Shown one piece after another: positions 50,935-63,330 of a stretch of 64,000 nt of DNA. Origin of the DNA: Tubulanus polymorphus (lineage: Eukaryota > Animalia > Nemertea). The DNA lies in assembly GCF_964204645.1 (NCBI RefSeq), contig NC_134032.1, positions 13,318,275 to 13,382,274 of the forward strand, read 5' to 3'. Position 1 is the first letter of the stretch. Each line of letters starts with the position of its first letter. A program made the position numbers and the translations under genes. The notes under the pieces are model-generated. The model was not told where the DNA came from, did not search any database, and saw nothing but the letters and a program-made list of their open reading frames with translations.

Positions 50935-52049
50935 GCTAGAACAAAAAGAGAAACATCAATTAAACATCGAACAAATTTTAAGGGTCCAGTTTAACATAAT
51001 TTCAATTTTCATCTTACATATGAAAGTAATTACATCAACTAGGTAATTGAGAAATTAGCAAGCTAGGGCTTTATTGTCATTGGAAATCAAAACATTTGAA
51101 TTGATAACCACATTGGCCTATGTTTTGATAACCAAGTCTTTGTGAGCACAATGCCTGTCATAATAAAGGGATATAATAAGCTCCCACTTATATTGACCTT
51201 TCACAGAATACACAAAACAATAATAGAGACAGCCAGTGGCTGTGGTATCATTGTGACTATTGTTTCAAGTTAATTGCAAGTTGTAGGGAGAGATTTCTGG
51301 TCAATGGCCTATATGCATAAGTACAGGGAGGGTCGCATTCACAAATTGAGTTGAAAAAAGATTTAGACAATTGATGATTTTTAATTTATATAATTCAAGG
51401 GGGGATGATAGGAATTTTAAGGGGAATGCTGAGTCAGAATTTTAGATTTTACCCCTGGCCTGGATTCTAGATTTCTTGATTCATAGCGCATCAAGGAATT
51501 TACGGACCCATAGGCTAATACGCAGTTACGACGCTGGAAATACTGAATGATTCGCTAGGAAGGACCTGTTTCATTTTTGGGCTGATAATCGACCTATTCC
51601 ACGCACGGGAGTAGGCCTAAATAAAAAAAGGACTTATAGGGCCTAACAGTAACAGAATTGACAAAATATCACGGAATGGAAAAATGAAACAATCCGTAAT
51701 GCCTTCTAGTGAAAACTTCTACTCTCTCGCTCTTCTAGTGTTCACGATTCACATTTTGATGATGAATGATAGGCTTAACCCAAAATAATTGTAATAAATT
51801 GAAGTTGATTGAATTTGCGAGTGAAAAGTAAGAAGTTTTTCACCAAAAAATTGGCATAAGCAAGCATTTGCGATAAAAGATTTAATCGGGTATGAAACCT
51901 CGGATGTTGGAAGTACTGAATTCATACACTTACGTGATAATCGGGTAATCTAATCAGATGATCTAGAACGAATTAGTCTGCTTTCTGTGACTGTAACTGC
52001 GCTGTGTGTTTACGATCGGAAAATCAAATATGGCGCTCGTCAACGGTAT

Positions 52050-52197
52050 ATCCCGAAATTACGTCATCGCTAACAAGCACAGCGATTGGTCAATTTCAGG
52101 AAATTTCAGGAAATGAATTGTGGATATCCGTGGATTTGATTGGCTGTTTCCACAATTCATTTCCTGAAATAAAACACCGCCTCACGCGCGCCCGCTA
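52050..52197 (-). promoter_or_regulatory. Putative transposase promoter/subterminal region: two CCAAT boxes, a CRE-like site and a 22-bp inverted repeat
   Basis: attgg at 52085 and 52139; ttacgtca at 52059; arms at 52103-52124 and 52149-52170. Probable 5'UTR donor at 51933, and an acceptor 1 nt before the ATG. Confidence 0.55.
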
Positions 52198-53121
52198 GAG
52201 CTAAAACTTCTACTCACTCGGCTCGGTTGCGTTTCCTGAATGCCGGAGGGGTACTGCTAGATGCAAACCACTACAGTACTTGAAACTTCCATTCACTCGG
52301 CGTAGGGAATCCCGTACTATTGAGGGGTCAGTGGTTCGAATCTGGGAGTAGATTAATGAGTTTTAATTAGTTTATTTCCATCCTGCCAATCTTCATATTC
52401 TCAGCTCATTTTATCAGTGAAAAATGACCTGACAACTAAATAAATGATACCTTTTTCTATAAAATCTCTCCTCTGCTTTTTAAGGGCTTGGAACCTTCTA
52501 CCATGTTTTTGACATAGTAGGCAGCATTAAAAATTTTATAGTTTGTCATTTGCATAACAGGCAGGCTTCTAAGCACAATGCACATACACACTCAATCGAA
52601 AAATTACAATTTTGGACATATACACTGAATTGAAAAATTACAATTTTGAGGGACTTCTAGTTTAAAATAAGTTCTACTACTAAACTACAAATTCTAAATG
52701 TTAGAGTGAAATTTCTTAAGTCAAACTACCACTGAATCAAACTACAAATTTCAAATTTTATAGTGAATTTTCTAAAGTTGAACTACCATTAAATCAACCA
52801 AATATTTCTGGAATCCCTATTCTAGTATAAAACAAATAAAAGATACAAATTTAAAAAATAAAACTCAAAATTAAAACTGCCAATTATTAATAAACAATTA
52901 TAAAATAATAAACCATCAAACTAAATAAATTATAAACAAAACCATCAAACTGAATAAATTATAAACAATCAGTCCAGTGTGATGAAGCAAGCCTGAAATT
53001 CATCAAGGGTTTTTCAAAAACTTGTTACAATCTAAGGAGAATTCTGGATACAATTTTATATTTCTTTCACATGGTCCTTAGATTTTTCACAAATTTTCAC
53101 ATAAAATGTCACAAAGTTAGA

Positions 53122-53289
53122 TTTGTGCAGCTGTCAATCTGTTGTCTGTGCCTAGCCCTTCAGACGATCACCTTTTTGAATAGCGAAGTCTGGACAAACC
53201 ACGATTTTTCCCAAATGGTGAGGTGATCGAATGTCTGTCGGACATCAAACTGAGGGGTTGTACAGACAGCAGGTTGATAGCTGCATGAA
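53122..53289 (+). ncRNA. Candidate structured non-coding RNA, copy B
   Basis: Same sequence as 44863-45030. Confidence 0.5.
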
Positions 53290-53402
53290 AATGTCAAAAT
53301 CGAGTAATTTCTGAAAGATTTTACCAGGCACACATACCCATATCTACGCGATACGCACAGTTGATAGATCTCTAGTCCTGGAATCCTGTCACTAATCGAG
53401 CT

Positions 53403-56400
53403 TCACTTCTTCTTCTTGTATCCCCTGGCCTGCATTTGCTGTCTCCACTCTTCCAGAGTCACCGTTGACGTTTCACTACAGTACCAATTTCCGAAAAACT
53501 GCTGATGCGAGGGCTTCGATCTCTCCTTTTTACACTTAGGACAAGTAACCTTTGTCCGTGGAGTGTACTTTCTGCGACTCACCCCAGCTTCTAATTGCTG
53601 CTGCCTTTGTAATCTGTGCATATGGGTTGTGTAAGGAACAACCTGTATATTTCCCATGGATTCAGAATGGATGACCTTAGGCAGAACGGCCTGGTCTTTT
53701 GGCGGTGCAACAATTATCAGCTGGGTAGTGGCTGGCTGCAAACTTTCAGCTTTCTGCTCCTTAGACGCAACAGGTCCTGTCATGATTTGTGAGCAACCCA
53801 TCAATCGAGTAGTATCTGCGGTAGTATCTGTATTGAGGGACTGATGAGCGCCTGACAAATCAATAACATTCTGAGGAATCTGCGGTGCAGGCCGCGTACT
53901 AGTTGCTGCCGCAGCTACTGATGCGAGAGTCGCAGTTGCGGAAGGAGTTGTTCTTCGCCGCTTTATTTTCGCCATTCCAGCAGTGTTCGTAGGAAGTACA
54001 AAGGTATGGCGATCATCAGAGGATCCTCTCGGCAGCACAGAAGGCTTTTGACAAGCAATAAGCAATGGTTGCTGGCTTGCCAAAGGAGGATTCGGGATTT
54101 GAATTCCCTGCCTGAGAACCATTTCCTCTTGCTTCTTAGAACGTCGATTCCACCTAAAATGAAAAAAGAAATAGACCATTTTATGAACATAATCTCAATA
54201 TGATTAATAATAATTTAGATGGTTAAGAGGTGGGGCATAAAAGGTTAACTTACCATTGGGTTATAGTCGTCATATTCAACTCTGGAAGCTGAATGTTCGA
54301 GTGATGCATAACCACAGGATTTCCGACGACGACGTCTCTTATGTGCTTGTAGGCGCGGGAGATAAGGATCCATCGCGTAACTCGCACTCCTGCAACCGTT
54401 TTTGATGCTGGATACTTCGCACAGAGCTTCACCATGGTTGTCTCGACGTAGCGATTACAAGTCGGCCACTGAGCAGGTGCCGAATTTGGTCCCAGAAAAG
54501 CTCTAAAAATTATCATAAATACTTGATTAACATAAAGTTTATTTAGGTTAACCCATGTAACCTCTATTGTAGGGTCAAATTGAACTCAAAGATTATATTG
54601 CCATTTAATATTCAATTGGCAATTTCGACTTATTAGTACATTTATTTTGAAATGAAAAATACAGTAGATTAGGCTTACCTCCGTGAACTTTCAACTCCAG
54701 GAGCCAAGCCAGAACGTTTCTTTGTTGCTCGAAATCTACCTTGACTGAGAGTTGGTTGATGGCGTGGTTTGATGATGGACCTCTTGTCGTAGTCGTCCAA
54801 GTTCTGCCACAAATCAATGATTTCACGAGCTTCGTTGTTTGTAAGAGCCAGTGAATTCTCATCCAAGTTTACCAGTTTCTCAGCCAAAGCATCAACCTTT
54901 CCAAATCCAGCAATACCGTCTGGTCCCAAAGAATCCTGAATAAAATAGATATTTGAAATTAAATTCTTTAACAACATCAACACAACTCGAACGAAAACCT
55001 TTTTTTATAGAAAACTTACATGCTCATCCGAATCCCCCAGGGGAGATTCAATAGATGGAACATTCGACAGTTCAAAGGGCTGCAGCTCTGGAGTATCAAG
55101 GGTCGGTAAGCGAAATTCTGGCACAGCATCATCGGGTTCAAGCTCAGTGACCTCCTCAGTTTCCATCGGCAACGGAGTATCAACGGACATGGTGTCAACG
55201 GGAAGAACTGGTGCAGTTGGTGTCACAGTCGGAGAAACTACAATGAAAAATAATACACAAAACCATTATCCCTTAGTCAAAATGTAATGGATTCAGCTGA
55301 GGGCATATCACAAAGTCAACAGTAATCAGAGGAATCAATTACAGGAATGAACTTAACAGAACTGAAATAGAATTATTATTCAAACAATTTTCTAAAAACA
55401 TTGTGACTTACAGAAGTCGTTATCCTCATCAGTAGGCACAGCTAATGTCAAGTCTTCCACATCATACAGAGGCAGCGGCTCATCAACAGGGCTGTCACTA
55501 AATTCCTGGTCAGAAGCAGAGTCCAGCAAGCGTTCCTCCTCGGCTAGACGCAACCTAGTGTTAGACACTGGTGCCTCTCCTGTTTGGCTGTAAAGATAAT
55601 CAATACCTATAGGTTCACCGGTGTAACGCAATGGCCCTTGGAATGCTGGTAAAAGCTTCTTTCCAAGGACAGTTTGACTTAGCTCATTGATATGATGGCG
55701 TAGCTTTCCACTGTAGCAGGAAATCTGTTTGTCTTGAGTTACAGCTGCAATAGCTCGATCCTCATTCCAACGCGCTAAACCATCAACCAGGTACATCTGG
55801 AAACTGACATCGCCAGCCACAGTACCTATAAATATGAAATCATGAAATTAGCTTATTAGTTAGAGAAAGCTACAAGAGAAGATTTCATATGGTGAAAGTG
55901 ATTTTTAATCTTACCTGGAATGAATCTGTTTAGATGAAGGTGGAATGATTCCAATGACGTCGAACCACGGGCACATCTGTAGATAGGCAGTGTCGTCTGT
56001 CCTTTCTTGATCGTTCCGGTTTGTGTGTACAACTGAACGCCAGGTGGATCCTGCAGGCAGGCAACATGCTTAGCTTGAGACTTATAAATCTCCGCCATGC
56101 GCTCAGTGTTTATGAGCGGAACACCCAAGGAGTCTTTCCCTTTGTCACCCGAGAAGGAAGCGACGAGCTGACCCAGTAGGCGGACAGTAGCATCTGTTCC
56201 ACGTGTGGTACGTTTACAGTGCCGTGCCAACTCGGCCGAAGAAATTCGCTCAACTAACTGGCGGTCACTAAGACCAGTGATAGCTTTCAGGGCTAGCTCC
56301 TCACGCTTCGCTCTCTTTAGACGGTCAAGATCCTCAGGGTCCCACTCAAAGATACACCGGCTAAGGCCTCTCATAAAACTCGCATACAGCCGATGTGAAT

Positions 56401-59193
56401 CTGTAGTACACCCTGTAGAGAACCGCCGCATGAAATGCCAAACGTCCAATCTGATGATGATATCTGTCCAAGGGGCTAGGTTTGTTTTCAGTACGCTGTG
56501 GCCACAACAATCCCGATCAGTGTATATCACCTCAGGGGCAGGCACACCAGCAGTATCATACCTTTTGATTAGGCCATCAATCATTTGACTGAGACCATAG
56601 CCTTCGCCAGTAGTAAGGACAGACATAAGGACCTGACCATGCTCGTTCCCTACATTGGTGCACCACATCGCGGTCCCCTTGGCATGACCAGTCAACTTCT
56701 TGACTATTTTCTTAGTTGAGTCAATTTTGAGAATTCGACCAAACTGAGACGTAATGGCTGCCCTGACCTCGTCCAGTCTCGACAACACATCACTGACGTA
56801 CACAAGCATGAGCCACCGAAACTGCGGGATGCTCAAAGGCTGTGGTGGGTCAGCGAATTCGTGCGGTTTTACGAGACCAGAACGGATAGCCTTGGACAAG
56901 CCTTCACACTCAGTGAGGTACTGTGAGACACGCTCGAGGTAAGCTTCGCCATGTTGCTCCCGCAGCTTCTTCTGGATCTGAGTAGTGCTGTTACCCAGAC
57001 CTCTCTGACGAAGCAGTCGCACAACCTTATAATCGCACGCGTACTTCTGTGTCAGTATACACGGGAACTGGAGCTGGTAACCGACGGCTAGTTGCGAGAT
57101 GATCTCAGCAGTCGTTCCAACATATTTCGCCTTGCATCTATAAATACGAGACAAAAAAAAAAAATCATTCATAAAATCACAACCTGTAATCAGCAGGTCA
57201 CACTTTAACATGGACACAATCTTACTTCTGACATTCCAAACTTTCTGTTGCGATGAAGTAGTGCGAATCGATATCGAGTACCTGCCGCAACCGCTTGTAT
57301 AATCCTGCTGATGTCAACTCTCTCCCTTGGCACGTTGCGACTGGACATCTAAGTTGGACTTGCCACAGTCGTCGAGGCATCCACAAGAACAGGCGGTGGG
57401 CAAAGTACTGCTCGACGTTGGGTACCTGGCCTGCAACTACCAATGGCTGTGGAGGATTCCACCAAAGCTGATTGACGCGGCTAAAATCCATCTCCAGCCT
57501 CCCACTCTTGGTTTTCATGAAGAGGGTTTTGGTGATCCACTTCTGTTCATATTCGGACAGAACTTTACGCCATTCTGGTAAAAGCAAGCGGTGGTCGTTA
57601 TCGATCGCGGTTGTCGTAGTCGGTGTAGTAGTAGTAGTAGTAGTAGTCGTGGTCGGTGTAGTCGTAGTCGCTGTAGTCCGTGTTGTCCGAGAGGCTAGAT
57701 AGAGAAAAATAGAATATGAATTTACTATCTCATTCATGATTGAGGTTTATAGCATAAGAATTCTAAATCATCATAAAGTCCGGTACAATTTCACTGAAAT
57801 ATTAAACAAAAACAGAATGATAGACAAAAGGAACAAAAGAAAACCGCATCACTGTAATGTTACCATCTAAATACCTATAAATGAGGAATAAGAGTGACTC
57901 ACTGGAAAAATGAGATTACAAAAGGGAAATCACCTTAAAAAATAAGTTATTAAGCAGGAGAGGATAGAAGTGTTGCATTTTGCTAGTGACAGAGAGAGAC
58001 AGAGAGAGTGTGTGTGTTATCATATTCATAATGTCCATTATAGCAACTATATACCAATATCATAAAGATGGATTATGTAATAATGAGACAGTACTGCATA
58101 CATATAAAGCATGATTACCCAGTTTTTGTAAAGAAACAGGTACATTAAAATAGATAGGAAGAAAATACCATTTTACAATAGCTACACATTTATAAAAGCA
58201 TATTCTAGGAACCCTACACAACATAAATCTTACCAACTTATCCAGATATAAACTGTAAATTTTGAGAAATAAATGATTAAATGTTACAATATGGCTGCAA
58301 TTACTAGGAGTGGATGGCCGAAAGGGAGGACTGCGGTTAACTTGGATGGAATCTTTACAATCCGTCCAAAACACTGCAAAAATTTGTAGGATGTATATCT
58401 CATGATGTATCAATTGAATCTACAATAAAAATATCATTAGAATTAAGTTATATTACCAGATAACTGCGCTTCAAGAGTGATGACACTTGTCAGTAGATCA
58501 TCATCATCATCAGACGGCATCGAGACGTTCTCAGTTGTAGTCGATGAGCTGGGTTGACTCCTAGTTGTCGCAGTTGGTTGGCTCCTGGTTGTAGCAGATG
58601 GGCGACTCCTCCTAGTTGTCACAGTTGGTTGGCTCCCGGCTGGTTGAGTCTGACGAGCTTCTGTGAAAATAAAAAATTTTTCATAAATAGAACAAGCACA
58701 AAACAACTCTGATATCAAACGATCCGACTGTATATTGAAAACTTGACTTACTTGAAATCGTAGGTTTCACACGCTCTTGATGGACAGCTCTCCTCCTCTC
58801 AATCGCGTCCTTGGCTTCGGGAAACAGCCTCATGTATTTGAAGAGGGCTTTCTTGTTGTCGGCATGGTTCTTGTGGTCTATCTTGGGATGTGGTTTTTGC
58901 TTCTCACATTCATCCATCACGTAGAGGTTTACTGCAAAGCCAAGAGCATTAGAGAGTATCCACTGAAATTTCTTACCCCTAAACTTACCAAACTGAAGTG
59001 TATACTGGCCTAACAAATGTTTCGGGTTTGACTGATCTCCTCTGGCCTGGGCAACCCGGCGCATCGCATCCGCCAAAACTTTCTCCGCAGGGTCCTGAGT
59101 TGCCCAACCACTAGTGCTTTTATGGTTCTTGGCGGCATCGGTGTCAAACGTGTCGATCGTACGATTTTTTAGGCGACGGAAAATTGGTTCCAT
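53403..59193 (-). CDS. Dada-type DDE transposase, copy B, 9 coding exons, ~1408 aa
   Basis: Exons are those of copy A plus 8259: 59193-58752, 58660-58457, 57694-57226, 57137-55915, 55825-55412, 55237-55020, 54935-54679, 54502-54254, 54153-53403. Confidence 0.88.
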
Positions 59194-60456
59194 GCTAGAA
59201 CAAAAAGAGAAACATCAATTAAACATCGAACAAATTTTAAGGGTCCAGTTTAACATAATTTCAATTTTCATCTTACATATGAAAGTAATTACATCAACTA
59301 GGTAATTGAGAAATTAGCAAGCTAGGGCTTTATTGTCATTGGAAATCAAAACATTTGAATTGATAACCACATTGGCCTATGTTTTGATAACCAAGTCTTT
59401 GTGAGCACAATGCCTGTCATAATAAAGGGATATAATAAGCTCCCACTTATATTGACCTTTCACAGAATACACAAAACAATAATAGAGACAGCCAGTGGCT
59501 GTGGTATCATTGTGACTATTGTTTCAAGTTAATTGCAAGTTGTAGGGAGAGATTTCTGGTCAATGGCCTATATGCATAAGTACAGGGAGGGTCGCATTCA
59601 CAAATTGAGTTGAAAAAAGATTTAGACAATTGATGATTTTTAATTTATATAATTCAAGGGGGGATGATAGGAATTTTAAGGGGAATGCTGAGTCAGAATT
59701 TTAGATTTTACCCCTGGCCTGGATTCTAGATTTCTTGATTCATAGCGCATCAAGGAATTTACGGACCCATAGGCTAATACGCAGTTACGACGCTGGAAAT
59801 ACTGAATGATTCGCTAGGAAGGACCTGTTTCATTTTTGGGCTGATAATCGACCTATTCCACGCACGGGAGTAGGCCTAAATAAAAAAAGGACTTATAGGG
59901 CCTAACAGTAACAGAATTGACAAAATATCACGGAATGGAAAAATGAAACAATCCGTAATGCCTTCTAGTGAAAACTTCTACTCTCTCGCTCTTCTAGTGT
60001 TCACGATTCACATTTTGATGATGAATGATAGGCTTAACCCAAAATAATTGTAATAAATTGAAGTTGATTGAATTTGCGAGTGAAAAGTAAGAAGTTTTTC
60101 ACCAAAAAATTGGCATAAGCAAGCATTTGCGATAAAAGATTTAATCGGGTATGAAACCTCGGATGTTGGAAGTACTGAATTCATACACTTACGTGATAAT
60201 CGGGTAATCTAATCAGATGATCTAGAACGAATTAGTCTGCTTTCTGTGACTGTAACTGCGCTGTGTGTTTACGATCGGAAAATCAAATATGGCGCTCGTC
60301 AACGGTATATCCCGAAATTACGTCATCGCTAACAAGCACAGCGATTGGTCAATTTCAGGAAATTTCAGGAAATGAATTGTGGATATCCGTGGATTTGATT
60401 GGCTGTTTCCACAATTCATTTCCTGAAATAAAACACCGCCTCACGCGCGCCCGCTA

Positions 60457-60469
60457 GAGCTAGCCGGGC
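60457..60469 (-). tRNA. tRNA-Lys-CTT: tRNA-Lys(CTT), 5' part (nt 1-13) of the interrupted gene
   Basis: Minus strand GCCCGGCTAGCTC is exactly the missing 5' end. Joined to 43938-43879 it gives a complete 73-nt tRNA. Confidence 0.93.
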
Positions 60470-60492
60470 TGGTACTTGTGCCACTCGTCACT

Positions 60493-60502
60493 TATTTATA
60501 AA
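60493..60502 (-). promoter_or_regulatory. TATA-like element 24-33 nt upstream of the tRNA-Lys start
   Basis: Minus strand TTTATAAATA at the usual TFIIIB position. Confidence 0.5.
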
Positions 60503-62808
60503 CATTCTAAACATTATCCAGGCGCGTAATTTATTGAAAAGTTCTGAGAGATGATGATCGTGATAGCTGGAGAGGATTTTCGTAGATGAGGCTTACTTAC
60601 TGAGTATTAAAGAAAAAACAGCGTTTTTCACAACGCCCTAAATTACTTTAGAGCATTATTACTTACACACATTGAACAGCTTGTACGATAGATGGCGCAT
60701 TGGTCGAGTGTGTGGCGCGCGAATTGATGAAATGTGACACTTGGCAGTCCTGATGGAGGCGCGGGGCCGTGCTGTCCCCATCAAAGGTTCCCATCATAAA
60801 CTGGATATCTTTCCCGAGCAAAAGCCACGCATTGAAAGTAGGCCCTCTGTAGTTAAATTTATACAAGCTGACAGTATGTACTTGAAATGAGTTTTATTTT
60901 AAAACCAGGAAACCAAACAAGTCTGTGTCCTTGCATATATAAAATGATTTTCAATTCATTTTATAAACTAAACATAATAATCTACGAAATAATCACTAGC
61001 TCAAACAATGGTGGCATCTTCATCAAACGGATCATAAAGAAGAATATTGACAGCTATTTTTCCTCTACTCTAAGCTATTTCCCTAGGAAATAGTTGTCAG
61101 TGCTGCAGATTCTGTATCGTACGGATGCTGAACAGCTAGGATGGTGCCCCTCACCTCAGTAGTTCAATGGAATAAGGACTGACTATGGTCCGTTCCAGTT
61201 CCAGTAACCGGTTCCAGTGGGCTGCGCTTAACAATAGTAGGAACTGAATCGTGATTTCAATGCTCCAATTCGACAGGACTTTGGCAGAGTTTGGATCCAA
61301 AGTGGGTATTCTTAAGACGGAACTACCGAAGTACGGGGACGTCCCAGATTCGAACCCAGTCTTGGGACTGACAGCAATTTTGAACGGTGAAGCTGAATAG
61401 GTGATAGGTTTGACTGGGCTAGAACGTGGATTATGGGTAATTCTGGCAAGAAGCGGATGCCACGGATTTGCTTGACACTGCCCGAGTGCCCCGCCGCACC
61501 GCGGGGCTTTGCAAGTTAGTTCCCATATTTACCGCTGATGGTTTATATAGGGGCAGCACTTTACGGTCATAGACCGGCACTTGTCAATATTCTTACTGTG
61601 GTACGCGAGTAATAAGTTAGTTCGCACTTTCACCGCTATTGTTTTATAAAGGGGCAGCACTTGACAGTGTGAAATCTGCCACAGATGACATTTCTACTGC
61701 GGCATGCGAGCATTTTCCGGGTGTCCCATCAGGTTCGAACCTGGTCCATTGTGACTAGAATGCTGAAGAGTGGATGGGCAAAGGAGTCCGGTTCGAACCA
61801 GGCTTAGAGAACAAATTGTGATGCTGCATAAAAAATAAATGATAAACCGTCTAAGAAAATCTGTGTTGGTGAAATCCTACACTGATAAAGACCAAAATCC
61901 CCTTGACATTTTACCAGTCAAACTCAATTCGTCTCTGTAAAATTCGTCACATCATTTTCAAGTCGTCACTCTTTCAATGAAAAATACTCATATCATGGAT
62001 TCATGTCGTTTTATCAAAAATTCATGTCACATGACGCTGTCAAAAATCACGAATTTCATGCATAACTTTTCAATTATTCACAAATTCGGTTCATAAAAAG
62101 TTTGAAACCACAGTTAACGAAAAAATAGAGTCCCTCTTGATACAAGTAGTCCTCGAAACCTAAATATAAAACCTTTATGGGAATTGTAATTCTTTGTGTG
62201 AAATTCCTGTCCTTCTAATCAACCAAAAGTCAAACAGATTGGACGACTACGGATATTATTTTTATCTGACAAAATCCAGTTTATTCACGACGTACGTTTT
62301 TGTACATCACACGTATCAGTGTTTACAATACCAAATCATATAATATAACAACTTAACCGATAATTCATAACGATAATACATTTATACATGCATATAATAT
62401 ATACTTATTGATATTACACTGTTTGATTGCCACATTGAAATATTATGATGATAGATATCTATTTATAATATATAAATTATTAAAATTTTCGAAATATATC
62501 TTAATATCACAGTGAATATGATGAACGATGGACTGCGCCTTACCGCATACAGACAGGTACGCATCAGTGCGCATAAATATTTAAATTGAAGAAATCAATT
62601 CAGACTAGTACCAGTCTATGAAGTGTAGAAGGGAACCACAATATGAAGGTGTAACAAATTAACGAGATTCATTCAAAAACAATTTTGAATAATTCTCCGA
62701 AAATGGATAGAATCTATCCGAAATGTCAGGACAACAGTTCAACAGTTATAAAGTTAAGATTTGCAAAGATTTTAAGAGTCAACTGTCTAATTTTCACTCT
62801 CAAGATTA

Positions 62809-63330
62809 CTCACAACTGCTGAACTGGACTCCTGAGTTCAGAGTTAACTCTTACTTAGAACTGTAGAACTGGATCCTGAGTTTCAAGTTAACTCTTATAC
62901 TTACAACTGTAGAACTGGATCCTGAGTTCAGAGTTAACTCTAACTCACAACTGTAGAACTGGATCCTGAGTTCAGGGTTGACTCTAACTCGCAACTGTAG
63001 AACTGAACTCATGAGTTCAGAGTTAACTCTAATTCATAACTGTAGAACTGGATCCTGAGTTCAGAGTTAACTCTAATTCATAACTGTAGAACTGGATCCT
63101 GAGTTGAGAGTTAACTCTTACTCATAACTGTAGAACTGGATCCTGAGTTCAGGGTTGACTCTAACTCGCAACTGTAGAACTGGATCCTGAGTTCAGAAAC
63201 TCTAACTCACAACTGCTGAACTGGACTCTTGAGTTTCAAGTTAACTCTTATACTTACAACTGTAGAACTGGATCCTGATTTCAGAGTTAACTCTAACTCA
63301 CAACTGTAGAACTGCATGGATCCTGAGTTC
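62809..63330. repeat. ~44-bp minisatellite, ~12 units (aactgtagaactggatcctgagttcagagttaactctaactcac)
   Basis: gaactgg recurs at roughly 44-bp period, and most units contain the palindrome agagttaactct. Confidence 0.92.

Larger units (their letters stand above)
43945..52197 (-). mobile_element. Dada-type target-specific DNA transposon, copy A (8253 bp), inserted in the tRNA-Lys A box
   Basis: Boundaries are fixed by the split tRNA and the tandem junction. There are no terminal inverted repeats. Flanking hexamers on + are gcgcca (43939-43944) and gagcta (52198-52203). Encodes a DDE transposase. Confidence 0.9.
52204..60456 (-). mobile_element. Dada-type target-specific DNA transposon, copy B (8253 bp), head-to-tail with copy A
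   Basis: Every ORF in the track recurs with an identical translation at an offset of exactly 8259 bp. Flanked by gagcta on both sides (52198-52203, 60457-60462). Confidence 0.9.

Noticed and set aside
43945-52197. LTR retrotransposon, Helitron or TIR transposon (MuDR/hAT) identity
   Set aside because: No RT, integrase or Rep/helicase motifs, and no LTRs or TIRs. The DDE motifs and tRNA A-box target fit Dada.
62809-63330. CRISPR-like array
   Set aside because: Whole units repeat with no unique spacers, there are no cas genes, and the context is eukaryotic; it is a minisatellite.
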